The position numbers were made by a program, and so were the translations under genes. This document shows, in pieces, positions 1 through 8,623 of a stretch of DNA of 32,000 bases (positions within the stretch are counted from its first letter, which is position 1; the number at the start of each line of letters is the position of its first letter). Source of the stretch: Nitrosococcus oceani ATCC 19707. GTDB taxonomy: Bacteria > Pseudomonadota > Gammaproteobacteria > Nitrosococcales > Nitrosococcaceae. The notes under the pieces are model-generated. The model did not search any database. It was given only the letters and a program-made list of their open reading frames with translations, and was not told the origin of the DNA. The stretch lies in NCBI RefSeq assembly GCF_000012805.1, contig NC_007484.1, positions 3,270,001 through 3,302,000 of the forward strand, in the 5' to 3' direction.

Positions 1-163
1 GCTTAGTCTCCGCGAGTGAGGCAGCATAAGTATAGTCCTCCGATAATGTAGTGGCCCGCATCCCGGTGGCAAAAATCTGGAGTAATACTCCCAGCGCGAC
101 TCCCAGAATAGCGAAGGCTACCAATACTTCAAGTAAGGAGAACCCCCGCTGGCTCCTAATCAA
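1..163 (-). CDS. gspI: Type II secretion minor pseudopilin GspI (N-terminal part only; the gene runs off the window start)
   Basis: Minus-strand translation from TTG at 163-161 reads IRSQRG/FSLLEVLVAFAILGVALGVLLQIFATGMRATTLSEDYTYAASLAETK. It has a short basic leader, a G/F prepilin-peptidase site, Glu at +5 and a hydrophobic helix. It overlaps the gspH stop by 8 nt, and its position after gspG-gspH fits canonical gsp order. It is absent from the ORF track because it is truncated. Confidence 0.7.
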   Translation of the reverse strand, partial: MIRSQRGFSLLEVLVAFAILGVALGVLLQIFATGMRATTLSEDYTYAASLAETK

Positions 164-665
164 GAATGGCCACCTGACCCGTCAGCCAATTGACATCAAC
201 CCCATATTTGCTCTTGCCCTGGGCAACAGTAATGCGACCACCGGTGGAAGTGCCATCGGGGAAGAAGCGGATTTTGCCGATATGATCGCTATCCAGCTCG
301 GAACGGGCGGTAACGAGGGAGATTTCCAGATTATCTGGAATTGGATATCGGCGCTTTTTGCCGGTAATCATAAAATAGCGGCGCTCTAAATCCACTACCA
401 AAACGGCTTCCTGGTGGTGAGTAATGGCTTGGCTGCGAACGTATTTTAGGGCCGCCGCCAATTTCCGAGCGGTGCTTTTCAACTCGGCGTTGGCAACGCC
501 TCCCTGCAATAAAGGCGGTACCAACGCCATCAATATTGCTGCAAGAGCCAAAACGACCAGCAATTCAAGCAGGGTAAATGCGCGCTGGGGCTGGTGCCGA
601 AAAAGTCCCCGGGAGGCGCTCCCCTCCCGCTGGAAGAGGAGAGCGGAAGACCTCTTCACCGCCAT
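156..665 (-). CDS. gspH: Type II secretion minor pseudopilin GspH
   Basis: The 169-aa ORF carries a prepilin-type N-terminus (QRAFTLLELLVVLALAAILMALV). It lies directly downstream of gspG and upstream of gspI. The leader is unusually long (29 aa) and has Ala rather than Gly at -1. Confidence 0.75.
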   Translation of the reverse strand: MAVKRSSALLFQREGSASRGLFRHQPQRAFTLLELLVVLALAAILMALVPPLLQGGVANAELKSTARKLAAALKYVRSQAITHHQEAVLVVDLERRYFMITGKKRRYPIPDNLEISLVTARSELDSDHIGKIRFFPDGTSTGGRITVAQGKSKYGVDVNWLTGQVAILD

Positions 666-739
666 TGGACTTGGGCCATGGAGGCTTCTTCCCTAGTCAA
701 AAGCTCCCTACCTTACTTGAAAACATGGTGGTCTGGTGG

Positions 740-1174
740 TTATTTCCAGCTGACGATATCCTGGTCTTCACCCTCGCCTCCTTCGGAGTTATCCGCGCCC
801 AGGGAGTAGATGTCGAAAGCACCGTGCTCACCTGGCGAACGGTAATGGTACTCATATCCCCAGGGATCTACTGGCACCTGCTTTTTCTTTAAATAGGGAC
901 CATTCCAGCGAGTAGCCCCAGGAGGCGCTTCCACCAGCGCCTGGAGCCCCTCCTCGGTGCTGGGATAGCGTCCTACTTCCAGCCGGTAGAGATCAAGGGT
1001 AGCAGCTAGATCCTCAATCTGGAGACGGGCTGAATCAGTTTTTGCACTGCCTAAATATTTCATCACCTGGGGACCGATAAGTCCCGCCAATAAACCTAAG
1101 ATAACCAGTACAACCAATAACTCAATAAGGGTAAAACCAAAGCTACCGGCAGGGCTTACTTTCTTTAGTTGCAT
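740..1174 (-). CDS. gspG: Type II secretion major pseudopilin GspG
   Basis: Reads MQLKKVSPAGSFG/FTLIELLVVLVILGLLAGLIGPQVMKYLGSAKTDSARLQIEDL...NGPYLKKK..DPWG..Y.Y, a classic GspG sequence. I chose the ATG at 1174, which has a GAGGAA RBS (complement of 1181-1186), rather than the ORF-track start at 1213, which would overlap gspF. Confidence 0.9.
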   Translation of the reverse strand: MQLKKVSPAGSFGFTLIELLVVLVILGLLAGLIGPQVMKYLGSAKTDSARLQIEDLAATLDLYRLEVGRYPSTEEGLQALVEAPPGATRWNGPYLKKKQVPVDPWGYEYHYRSPGEHGAFDIYSLGADNSEGGEGEDQDIVSWK

Positions 1175-1190
1175 CAAAATTTCCTCGTTT

Positions 1191-2429
1191 TTAAAACGCC
1201 AATTCATTAACACTCAAAATAGCGACCAATATAGACATAATGATCCCGGCGATGACGACACCCAGGGTCAGGATCAGGACGGGTTCCAATAAGGCCAATA
1301 GGCGCTTAATCGTCGATTCCACTTCCAGATCATAAGCCTCGGCGACCTGACCGAGCATATCCTCTAATTGGCCTGTTTCTTCCCCCACCTTAATCATTTG
1401 CACCGCCATTTTGGGAAATAAGGCCGTCTCCAGCAAGGGATCAGCCATTCCATGGCCTTGGCGCAGGGCGTCGGCGACCTCGCTTAGAGCTTCCGCCATC
1501 ACCTGATTGTTCAAGGTATTCTTGATAATCGCCAGCGCCGAAAGCAAAGGCACTCCATTTAGCAGCAAGCTATTCAAGGTGCGAGAGAGACGCGCCACTT
1601 CCAGCTTGGCGATCAAGTCGCCCACCAGGGGCAGCCGCAGCAACCAGCCATCCCAGCGATAACGGCGTTCCGGGATTTGTAGCTGATGACGCATAAACAA
1701 TAAGATGGCCAGAAAACCCAGTAACAGCGCCCACCAATAATTTTGCAGAAGATTACCCGCGGCAATCACGATCTGGGTAGCCACCGGCAAGGCTTTACCC
1801 GCGTCTTCAAATAGCTGCTGGAACTGGGGAACCACAAAAGTTAAGAGAATAATGACGGAAAGACCGGCAACGCCCACCAAAATAGCAGGATAAATGAGGG
1901 CCGAAGTGACCGCGTTTTTCAATGCTTTGGAGCGTTCCATGAAATCGGCGAGCCGCCCCAGGATCACATCCAAAGCGCCTCCCGCCTCGCCCGCGCGAAT
2001 CATGCTGATATAGAGGGGAGAAAAAGTTTCGGCCTGGGTTTCCATGGCTTCCGCCAGGGAAGACCCTCCCCTTACCTGCTCTTGAAGCTGGCTTAAAAGT
2101 TGCCTTACAGGTCCATCATCGGCAATCTCCATCAAAATACTAAAGGCCCTGTCCAAAGGAAGGCCAGCCCGCAATAGGGTCGCCAGCTCTCCAGTCAGTA
2201 CCGCCACTTCGTTCTGACGAACCGTTTTCTTGCGCCCGAACAAGCGCTTTCCGGCTGATCGCCGGGATCGGCCCCGGCCTCCGGCAGTCCCCTCCTCAAT
2301 ACGAATGGGAATATAACCCTGGGAATGGAGCCACTCGACTACGCTGGCTTCATCGTCCGCCCGGCGCTCCCCTTCCAGGATTTCTCCTGCTGAAGTTGAT
2401 GCTTTGTAATGAAAAGCAGCCATGATCAC
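1191..2429 (-). CDS. gspF: Type II secretion inner-membrane platform protein GspF
   Basis: The 412-aa ORF has the duplicated GspF/PilC architecture: two cytoplasmic repeats (LATLLRAGLPL.., LSRTLNSLLLNGVPLL..) separated by hydrophobic segments. It overlaps the gspE stop by 4 nt. Confidence 0.9.
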   Translation of the reverse strand: MIMAAFHYKASTSAGEILEGERRADDEASVVEWLHSQGYIPIRIEEGTAGGRGRSRRSAGKRLFGRKKTVRQNEVAVLTGELATLLRAGLPLDRAFSILMEIADDGPVRQLLSQLQEQVRGGSSLAEAMETQAETFSPLYISMIRAGEAGGALDVILGRLADFMERSKALKNAVTSALIYPAILVGVAGLSVIILLTFVVPQFQQLFEDAGKALPVATQIVIAAGNLLQNYWWALLLGFLAILLFMRHQLQIPERRYRWDGWLLRLPLVGDLIAKLEVARLSRTLNSLLLNGVPLLSALAIIKNTLNNQVMAEALSEVADALRQGHGMADPLLETALFPKMAVQMIKVGEETGQLEDMLGQVAEAYDLEVESTIKRLLALLEPVLILTLGVVIAGIIMSILVAILSVNELAF

Positions 2430-4171
2430 GATTCCTGGCTGACTCGGATCACCTCTTCAATAGTAGTGAAGCCAGAGAGTGCTTTATGAAGACCATCTTC
2501 ATACATAATACGCATGCCTTCTTTCTGAGCTTGCTTTTGAATCTCCCCCGCATCGGTATGCTGGAGCACAAGACGGCGGATAGGATCGCTCATCACCAGA
2601 AATTCCATGATCGCCGCCCGCCCATGATAACCAATCCCGTTACATTGCTCGCAGCCAACGGCCCGATGCAACATCACGGGTTTCTCCTGGCTGAAGCGAT
2701 GCAATTCCAGCTCCTCTATAAGTTCAGGCAGGGCCTCGTAAGGTTCACTGCAATGTTTACAGAGAGTGCGTACCAAGCGTTGGGCCAAAATACCATTGAC
2801 AGTGGAGGTCAGCAGATAATCCTCTATTCCCATATCCAATAAGCGGGTAACCCCTCCAGCCGCATCATTGGTATGGAGAGTGGAGAGCACCACATGACCC
2901 GTCAGGGCCGATTGAACCGCGATGCCAGCAGTCTCCTTATCCCGCATTTCACCAATCATGATGACATCCGGATCTTGGCGCACGATAGACCGCAAAGCAC
3001 CCGCAAAAGTAAGGCCAATCTGCGGTTTAACCTGGATTTGGTTGATCCCTTCAAGCTGATACTCCACCGGATCTTCCACCGTTACAATTTTTCGGTCTGG
3101 AGTATTGAGTTTATGCAACGCGGTATAAAGGGTGGTGCTTTTACCACTACCTGTGGGACCCGTGACGACAATAATTCCATGGGGCTGTTCCAATACATGC
3201 AAAAAACGCTCCAAGGTACTTCCCTGGAAGCCCAGGGAGTCGAAATCCAGCACCACATTGCCTTTATCTAGCAGCCGAAGCACCACGCTCTCGCCATACA
3301 GAGTCGGCACTGTCGAGACCCGCAAGTCCAGCTCCCGCCCTTGGATACGAAGCTGGATTCGCCCATCCTGGGGTAATCGCCGCTCAGCGATATTAAGCTT
3401 AGCCATAATCTTGAAGCGGGAAATCACAGCAGCGGTGGAACGCGCCGGGGGGGCCTCTACATCCCGCAACACGCCATCGATCCGGTAGCGGACCCGAAGA
3501 CTGTTTTCAAAAGGCTCGATATGGATATCCGAAGCTCGGGATTCCACCGCACGCTGAATCAACAAATTCACCAGGCGGACGACCGGGGCCTCGCTGGCCA
3601 TATCCTTCAGGTGCTGGACATCGGTTTCCCCATCTTCGTCCGCCCCCAGATGTTCGACGATCTGTCCCATGGCCGATTTTCCCCCGGCCTGACGATCAAG
3701 GGCCGCTTCAATATCCGAAGGCAAACCGACCCGCAGACTGATGGGCTTGCTGTAAGCCAGGGCAATGGCTTCCTGGACATAATCATCACTAGGGTCGGCC
3801 ATCGCCAGCACCACTGCCTCCTCTTCCTCCAGCACGGGAATGGCCCGGAATTCTTTGAGGAACCGCAATGAAACTTGACCGTTCAGATCGCTATTATCAT
3901 AATCGTTCGTTGCTAGCAGCGGCAGATCGAGCAAGGCGGAAAAGGCTTCCGCCATATCCCGCTCCGAGATCAACCCCAGCCTTATGAGCATAACGGAAAG
4001 CCGCAGCCCTTCCTCCTCCGCCAAACGCCAGGCATGGCGGAATTCACCTGCCCGCAGCTTGCGCCGCTCAATCAAATACTCGCCAAGCTTTTCCTCCAGG
4101 CTTTGGGGAACCGCCTCCTCTTCAGGAGCAGGCGTAATAGGAATAGTTTTGCCAAGTTGTTGCGCCACCAA
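2426..4171 (-). CDS. gspE: Type II secretion ATPase GspE
   Basis: Contains Walker A GPTGSGKST, the Asp box, Walker B (DPDVIMIGEMRD), a His box (LTGHVVLSTLHTND) and the tetracysteine CxxC..CxxC motif (CKHC...CEQC). The start is uncertain. I chose TTG 4171 (GTG 4168 is an alternative) because the residues added by the ORF-track start at 4342 are not GspE-like. Confidence 0.85.
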   Translation of the reverse strand: MVAQQLGKTIPITPAPEEEAVPQSLEEKLGEYLIERRKLRAGEFRHAWRLAEEEGLRLSVMLIRLGLISERDMAEAFSALLDLPLLATNDYDNSDLNGQVSLRFLKEFRAIPVLEEEEAVVLAMADPSDDYVQEAIALAYSKPISLRVGLPSDIEAALDRQAGGKSAMGQIVEHLGADEDGETDVQHLKDMASEAPVVRLVNLLIQRAVESRASDIHIEPFENSLRVRYRIDGVLRDVEAPPARSTAAVISRFKIMAKLNIAERRLPQDGRIQLRIQGRELDLRVSTVPTLYGESVVLRLLDKGNVVLDFDSLGFQGSTLERFLHVLEQPHGIIVVTGPTGSGKSTTLYTALHKLNTPDRKIVTVEDPVEYQLEGINQIQVKPQIGLTFAGALRSIVRQDPDVIMIGEMRDKETAGIAVQSALTGHVVLSTLHTNDAAGGVTRLLDMGIEDYLLTSTVNGILAQRLVRTLCKHCSEPYEALPELIEELELHRFSQEKPVMLHRAVGCEQCNGIGYHGRAAIMEFLVMSDPIRRLVLQHTDAGEIQKQAQKEGMRIMYEDGLHKALSGFTTIEEVIRVSQES

Positions 4172-4421
4172 AATAGAGTCCGTCCCTTGCTTGTGCCGAT
4201 GCCAAATAGCGAAGAAGTACCATGTCTTTAAATATACTTCGGCGAAAAACCACAAAAGAATACCGCATTTCCTGATCAGGCACTCGATTTTATCATTTGC
4301 CACCCTATAATCTATACCCTTCAGACCGATCCAACCGGCCAAGGTTTTCTTTTAATAGATGCCATAATGCCGCTATCTCTATAAAATAGCCCTTATTACC
4401 GAGGATTAAGGATTAAAATTC

Positions 4422-5342
4422 ATGGCTAACACGGTTCAGCATCGGCTCAGAGACTGGCTTCTCAGTCTCTATCAGCACTTACTTCCCCAACGTACCCTGT
4501 CCCAGCTCATGTATCGCCTAACTAGGCATCGGATCGTCTGGCTAACGGGCCTCCAAATCCGCTTATTTGCCCGAATCTTTGGGGTCAACCTGAAAGAGGC
4601 GGAGTTTTCCTCCCCCAAAGATTACCCCCATTTTAATGCCTTCTTTACCCGCGCTCTCGGTAAGGAGGCGCGACCCATAGCAGACTCGGCAGATGCCGTC
4701 GTTTCCCCCGTGGACGGGTGTATCAGCCAACTTGGCTCCCTCACCGATGACCGCTTGCTCCAAGCCAAAGGCTGGAGCTACAACCTAGTAGAGCTGCTCG
4801 GTGGCTCCAAAAGCCGGGCCGCCCCCTTCCGCGGCGGCCAGTTTGCAACGCTTTATCTTTCCCCAAAGGACTACCACCGTATCCATATGCCCTTGGCTGG
4901 ACATTTACGGGAAATGACCTACTTGCCAGGCCGATTATTTTCAGTTAGCCCGAAAACCGTCAATGGAATCCATAACCTCTTCGCCCGTAACGAACGGGTG
5001 GTCAACGTCTTTGACACTGAAGCGGGTCCCCTGGCCATGGTATTGGTGGGCGCTATTTTTGTCGGCAGTATCGAAACTGTATGGGCCGGCCAAATCACCC
5101 CACCCTACCGACATCAACCTCATCACCAGCTTTACGAAGGAGAGAAAGCGATCTCCCTAGCAAAAGGCCAGGAGATGGGGCGCTTTAACATGGGCTCTAC
5201 CGTTATTCTGATTTTCCCCCCCGACACGATCCACTGGCAATCCGAGCTGCAAGCGGAAATGCCGGTACGCATGGGCCAACCCCTGGGGCAACTTATCACC
5301 GCCGTCCAGACAGAGGTAGAAAAACAATGGGCCAATGCCTAA
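4422..5342 (+). CDS. psd: Phosphatidylserine decarboxylase proenzyme
   Basis: The 306-aa ORF has the Psd self-cleavage motif (GRFNMGSTVILIF, the G-S-T site) and is Psd-like along its whole length (YHRIHMP, GARNERV-type segment). Confidence 0.9.
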   Translation: MANTVQHRLRDWLLSLYQHLLPQRTLSQLMYRLTRHRIVWLTGLQIRLFARIFGVNLKEAEFSSPKDYPHFNAFFTRALGKEARPIADSADAVVSPVDGCISQLGSLTDDRLLQAKGWSYNLVELLGGSKSRAAPFRGGQFATLYLSPKDYHRIHMPLAGHLREMTYLPGRLFSVSPKTVNGIHNLFARNERVVNVFDTEAGPLAMVLVGAIFVGSIETVWAGQITPPYRHQPHHQLYEGEKAISLAKGQEMGRFNMGSTVILIFPPDTIHWQSELQAEMPVRMGQPLGQLITAVQTEVEKQWANA

Positions 5343-5463
5343 AAAGGGGAGCATTGAAGCTATAAACAGGGATGTTGAGCGACCCCCTCTGGTGAGGTCG
5401 CGAAGTGATGGCCGTGGAGGATGGGTAATTTCCAGATACGGGCCTAATTAAAAAAATGACGCC

Positions 5464-7632
5464 TCAAGCCAATTCCAGATCGATTTTCTTCTCATCCAGA
5501 TCGACCCGGACGACCATGACCCGGACTTTATCGGCCAAACGGTAAACCTGGCGCGTGTGCTCCCCCAGAAGACGGCGACCCGCAGGGTCAAAATGGAAAT
5601 AATCGTTGCCCAGAGCCGTAACGTGGACCAACCCTTCCACATAAATATCGCTGAGTTCCACGAAGAGGCCAAAAGAGGTGACCCCGGTGATTAGGCCGTC
5701 AAAGGACTCGCCTACCCTATCCTTCATATATTCGCATTTGAGCCAGTCTTCGGCATCACGGGTGGCCTCATCGGCGCGGCGCTCGGTCATGGAGCAATGC
5801 TCCCCCAGGGCCATCATTTCATCCTGGGTGTACAGGAACGTTTTTGCGGATCGCTGTTCTAGCACATGGCGAATAGCACGATGCACCAGCAAATCAGGGT
5901 AACGCCGTATGGGAGAAGTAAAGTGAGTATAGACGGGCAGAGATAGCCCGAAATGCCCATGGTTGTCGGGACTGTAAACCGCCTGCTTAAAGGTGCGCAA
6001 TATCACTGTCTGGATGAGGTGGGCATCCGGGCGCTCCTGAACAGAGCGTAAAAAGCGGGCAAAATCCTTGGCTCCAGGAGACTCACCCCCCTGCAAAGCC
6101 AATCCTAATTCGGCCAGGAACTTGTGTAAATCAACCAATTTATCGTCCGCTGGTCGCTCGTGAACGCGATAAAGGGTGGGCACTTTATGTTGAGTCAGGA
6201 ACCGGGCCGCAGCCACATTGGCCAGGATCATGAACTCTTCAATCAGACGATGGGCGTCATTACGCACCAAGGGCTGAATGTCCTTAATCTTTTGAGCCTC
6301 ATCGAAAATGATTTGGGTCTCGCCCATTTCAAAATCAATAGCGCCCCGCCGGGCGCGGGCTTTATGTAACACCTGATAAAGGCTATGCATTGCCTCAAGC
6401 CCTGGAAGCACCGTCTTATAACGCTCTTGCAGCTTGCGATCACTACCCTCAAGGAGGGCCGCGGCCTGATGGTAAGTCAACCGGGCTGCTGACCGCATTA
6501 CCCCGGAATGAAAACGAAAGCTATTTAATCCCCCCCGCGGGCCGATCACCATTTCACAGACCAAACACAGCCGATCCACCTTCGGATTGAGGGAACACAA
6601 GCCATTAGACAGCGCTTCCGGCAGCATGGGAATTACCCGGCTGGGGAAATACACCGAGTTGCCCCGTTTTTCGGCCTCGCTATCCAGGGCGGAATAAGGC
6701 TGTACATACCAGGAGACATCCGCAATCGCCACCCACAAGCGCCAACCCTGGTCGTGGCGCTCCGCATAAACCGCATCATCAAAATCCTGGGCATCTTCCC
6801 CATCAATGGTCACCAGAGGCAGATCCCGCAAATCCAGCCGTCCCGCTTTTGCTTTTCTAGGCACCGTGGTTTTGAAAACCTTAGCCTCGGTCAGCACTTC
6901 TTCCGGCCAAACATGGGGTAGTTCATGGATTTGAAGCGCAATATCCATCTCCATCCCTGGCGCCATGTGATCGCCGAGCAACTCCACGATTCTGCCAATG
7001 GGCTGGCGCTTGGCGGTAGGCTGCTCCGTGATCTCGGCAACGACAATTTGATTGTCCTGGGCACCTTCCTGATGCTCCAGCGGAATTAGAATATCCTGGC
7101 TGAGGCGCTGGTTGCTGGGCACCAAGAAACCCAATGTATCCTCGGCGACAAAGCGGCCCACAACCCGGTGGTTATTCCGCTCTAACACTTCAATCACGGC
7201 CCCTTCGCGGCGCCCGCGTCGGTCAATCCCGGTAACCTGGGCGACTGCCCTATCCCCGTGCAGGACAGCACGCATTTGTCGCGCGGAAAGATAAAGATCC
7301 TCTCCCCCCTCATCGGGCACCAGAAAACCGAAACCATCCTTGTGACCGATGATCCGCCCCCGCACCAGATCCATTTTGTGGACCAAGCCATAGGCGCGGC
7401 GGCGGTTGCGCATGAGTTGGCCATCCCGCTCCATGGCCCGCAGGCGGCGGCGGAAAGCCTCCCGCACCTCCTCGCCGCTATCAAGCTTTAAGGTTTTTAT
7501 CAGCTCCTTGCGAGTCATGGGTCTACCCCGCCGTTCTAAACATTGCATGATATATTCCCGGCTGGGGATAGGTTGCCCGTATTTCTGGGTTTCACGGGCA
7601 AAGTAGGGGTCCTTTTTTTTCCAATCGCTCAT
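5464..7632 (-). CDS. rnr: Ribonuclease R (3'-5' exoribonuclease, RNB family with C-terminal S1 domain)
   Basis: Shows RNB-domain motifs (TIDGEDAQDFDDAV, YFPSRVIPMLPE, HFGL..YTHFTSPIRRYPDL) and a C-terminal S1 fold (GLITGVTSFGLFVEL). I chose the ATG at 7632 (MSDWKKKDPYFARE); the ORF track begins 16 codons further upstream. Confidence 0.9.
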   Translation of the reverse strand: MSDWKKKDPYFARETQKYGQPIPSREYIMQCLERRGRPMTRKELIKTLKLDSGEEVREAFRRRLRAMERDGQLMRNRRRAYGLVHKMDLVRGRIIGHKDGFGFLVPDEGGEDLYLSARQMRAVLHGDRAVAQVTGIDRRGRREGAVIEVLERNNHRVVGRFVAEDTLGFLVPSNQRLSQDILIPLEHQEGAQDNQIVVAEITEQPTAKRQPIGRIVELLGDHMAPGMEMDIALQIHELPHVWPEEVLTEAKVFKTTVPRKAKAGRLDLRDLPLVTIDGEDAQDFDDAVYAERHDQGWRLWVAIADVSWYVQPYSALDSEAEKRGNSVYFPSRVIPMLPEALSNGLCSLNPKVDRLCLVCEMVIGPRGGLNSFRFHSGVMRSAARLTYHQAAALLEGSDRKLQERYKTVLPGLEAMHSLYQVLHKARARRGAIDFEMGETQIIFDEAQKIKDIQPLVRNDAHRLIEEFMILANVAAARFLTQHKVPTLYRVHERPADDKLVDLHKFLAELGLALQGGESPGAKDFARFLRSVQERPDAHLIQTVILRTFKQAVYSPDNHGHFGLSLPVYTHFTSPIRRYPDLLVHRAIRHVLEQRSAKTFLYTQDEMMALGEHCSMTERRADEATRDAEDWLKCEYMKDRVGESFDGLITGVTSFGLFVELSDIYVEGLVHVTALGNDYFHFDPAGRRLLGEHTRQVYRLADKVRVMVVRVDLDEKKIDLELA

Positions 7633-7717
7633 TGACAAGTAATTTTTGGGTCGGTAAAGTTTGCGTTTGCTTAAAAGCACCTATTATATCTATCTAAGCA
7701 CCCCTAATTTAATACAA

Positions 7718-7804
7718 GCCGAGGTGGCGGAATTGGTAGACGCGCATGGTTCAGGTCCATGTGGGGGAAACCCTGTGGAGGTTCAAGTCCTCTCCTCGGC
7801 ACCA
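7718..7804 (+). tRNA. tRNA-Leu (anticodon CAG), type II with long variable arm, CCA encoded
   Basis: A manual fold gives acceptor GCCGAGG/CCTCGGC, a D arm GCG-AATTGGTAGA-CGC, an anticodon stem CATGG/CCATG with loop TTCAGGT (CAG), a variable arm TGGGGGAAACCCTGT, and a T arm GGAGG-TTCAAGT-CCTCT, ending in ACCA. Confidence 0.9.
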
Positions 7805-8623
7805 CTTCTTAGGGAAATGTGATGAAATCAGTGTTCTAACAGCTCAAACGCACAAGTAATTTAGCTGGGCTCAACTGTAACATACTCTACCGGCACATTC
7901 CCATTATCCATCCCCTTCACTGTCCAAGGCTTCTCATGGGCAAGCAGAAAATTTTTCCGCCTAACTTTCAAATCCAACCCTACCCAGATTTTTCCTTACC
8001 TGCCCTTAAACCCTGCACAATCCATACTTGCAACAGGCACACCCAATCTTTAAATAGCCCCAGATTATTGTCCCACTAGCTCCCCACCGATATAACCCAG
8101 GTTAACGTTATCCTCGTACAAACAGTATCCGTATCCCGGTAGGGGCAGTTTTACACTACTCAACCGCCGCCGCAAAATGCTAAGCAGTGTATACGCTGGC
8201 AACCTGCCAATGATTGTCCTGGATACAAATCAGTCTTCCCCACTGTCACTGCATCCATGAAATCCGTCAATGAGCTATCCCATCCTGCTGTCACAATATG
8301 GTCTTTTCTCGAGCAAACCATTAACCCTCTCAGGGGCAACAGGCACATCCCTAAATAAAAAATAACGACTTGCCTAGAAAAATTAACGAAATTACTGCCA
8401 GCCATTTGCTAATACTTCCAGCAATCAGTTCATTTGGATAATTGTTGATATGTCAAGAATTGTCGTGCTAGTGGATTTATTATCCACGCGCCAAACTGAG
8501 AAGCATTCCTCACAATAAAAAACGATAAAAAAATAAGATATTGAACTGAAAGCCTGCGAAAAATTCCAGGTTGGAATACTTCCAAAAGATTAAGAAATAA
8601 ATAACAAACGAGGAAATTTTTTA

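Noticed and set aside
51-892. Plus-strand ORFs 51-389, 424-696, 578-892 and 594-809
   Set aside because: All are antisense to the gspI/gspH/gspG genes, which carry unmistakable pseudopilin N-termini.
4172-4342. 57-codon N-terminal extension of gspE given by the ORF track
   Set aside because: The extension (..CGILLWFFAEVYLKTWYFFAIWHRHKQ..) is unlike GspE N-domains. It would also leave almost no promoter space before the divergent psd. A TTG/GTG start at 4171/4168 preceded by AAGGGA is more plausible, though unproven.
5379-5401. Hairpin GCGACC..GGTCGC between the convergent psd and rnr genes, as a bidirectional terminator
   Set aside because: The stem is only 6 bp with an 11-nt loop and no U/A tracts on either side. 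It is too weak to call.
7905-8110. Possible Csr/Rsm-type sponge RNA on the minus strand (about nine GGA triplets, some in ANGGA context)
   Set aside because: The GGA richness is a direct consequence of the strong C/G skew. I could not place the motifs in hairpin loops, and there is no terminator or recognisable promoter on the minus strand. I kept only the compositional observation.
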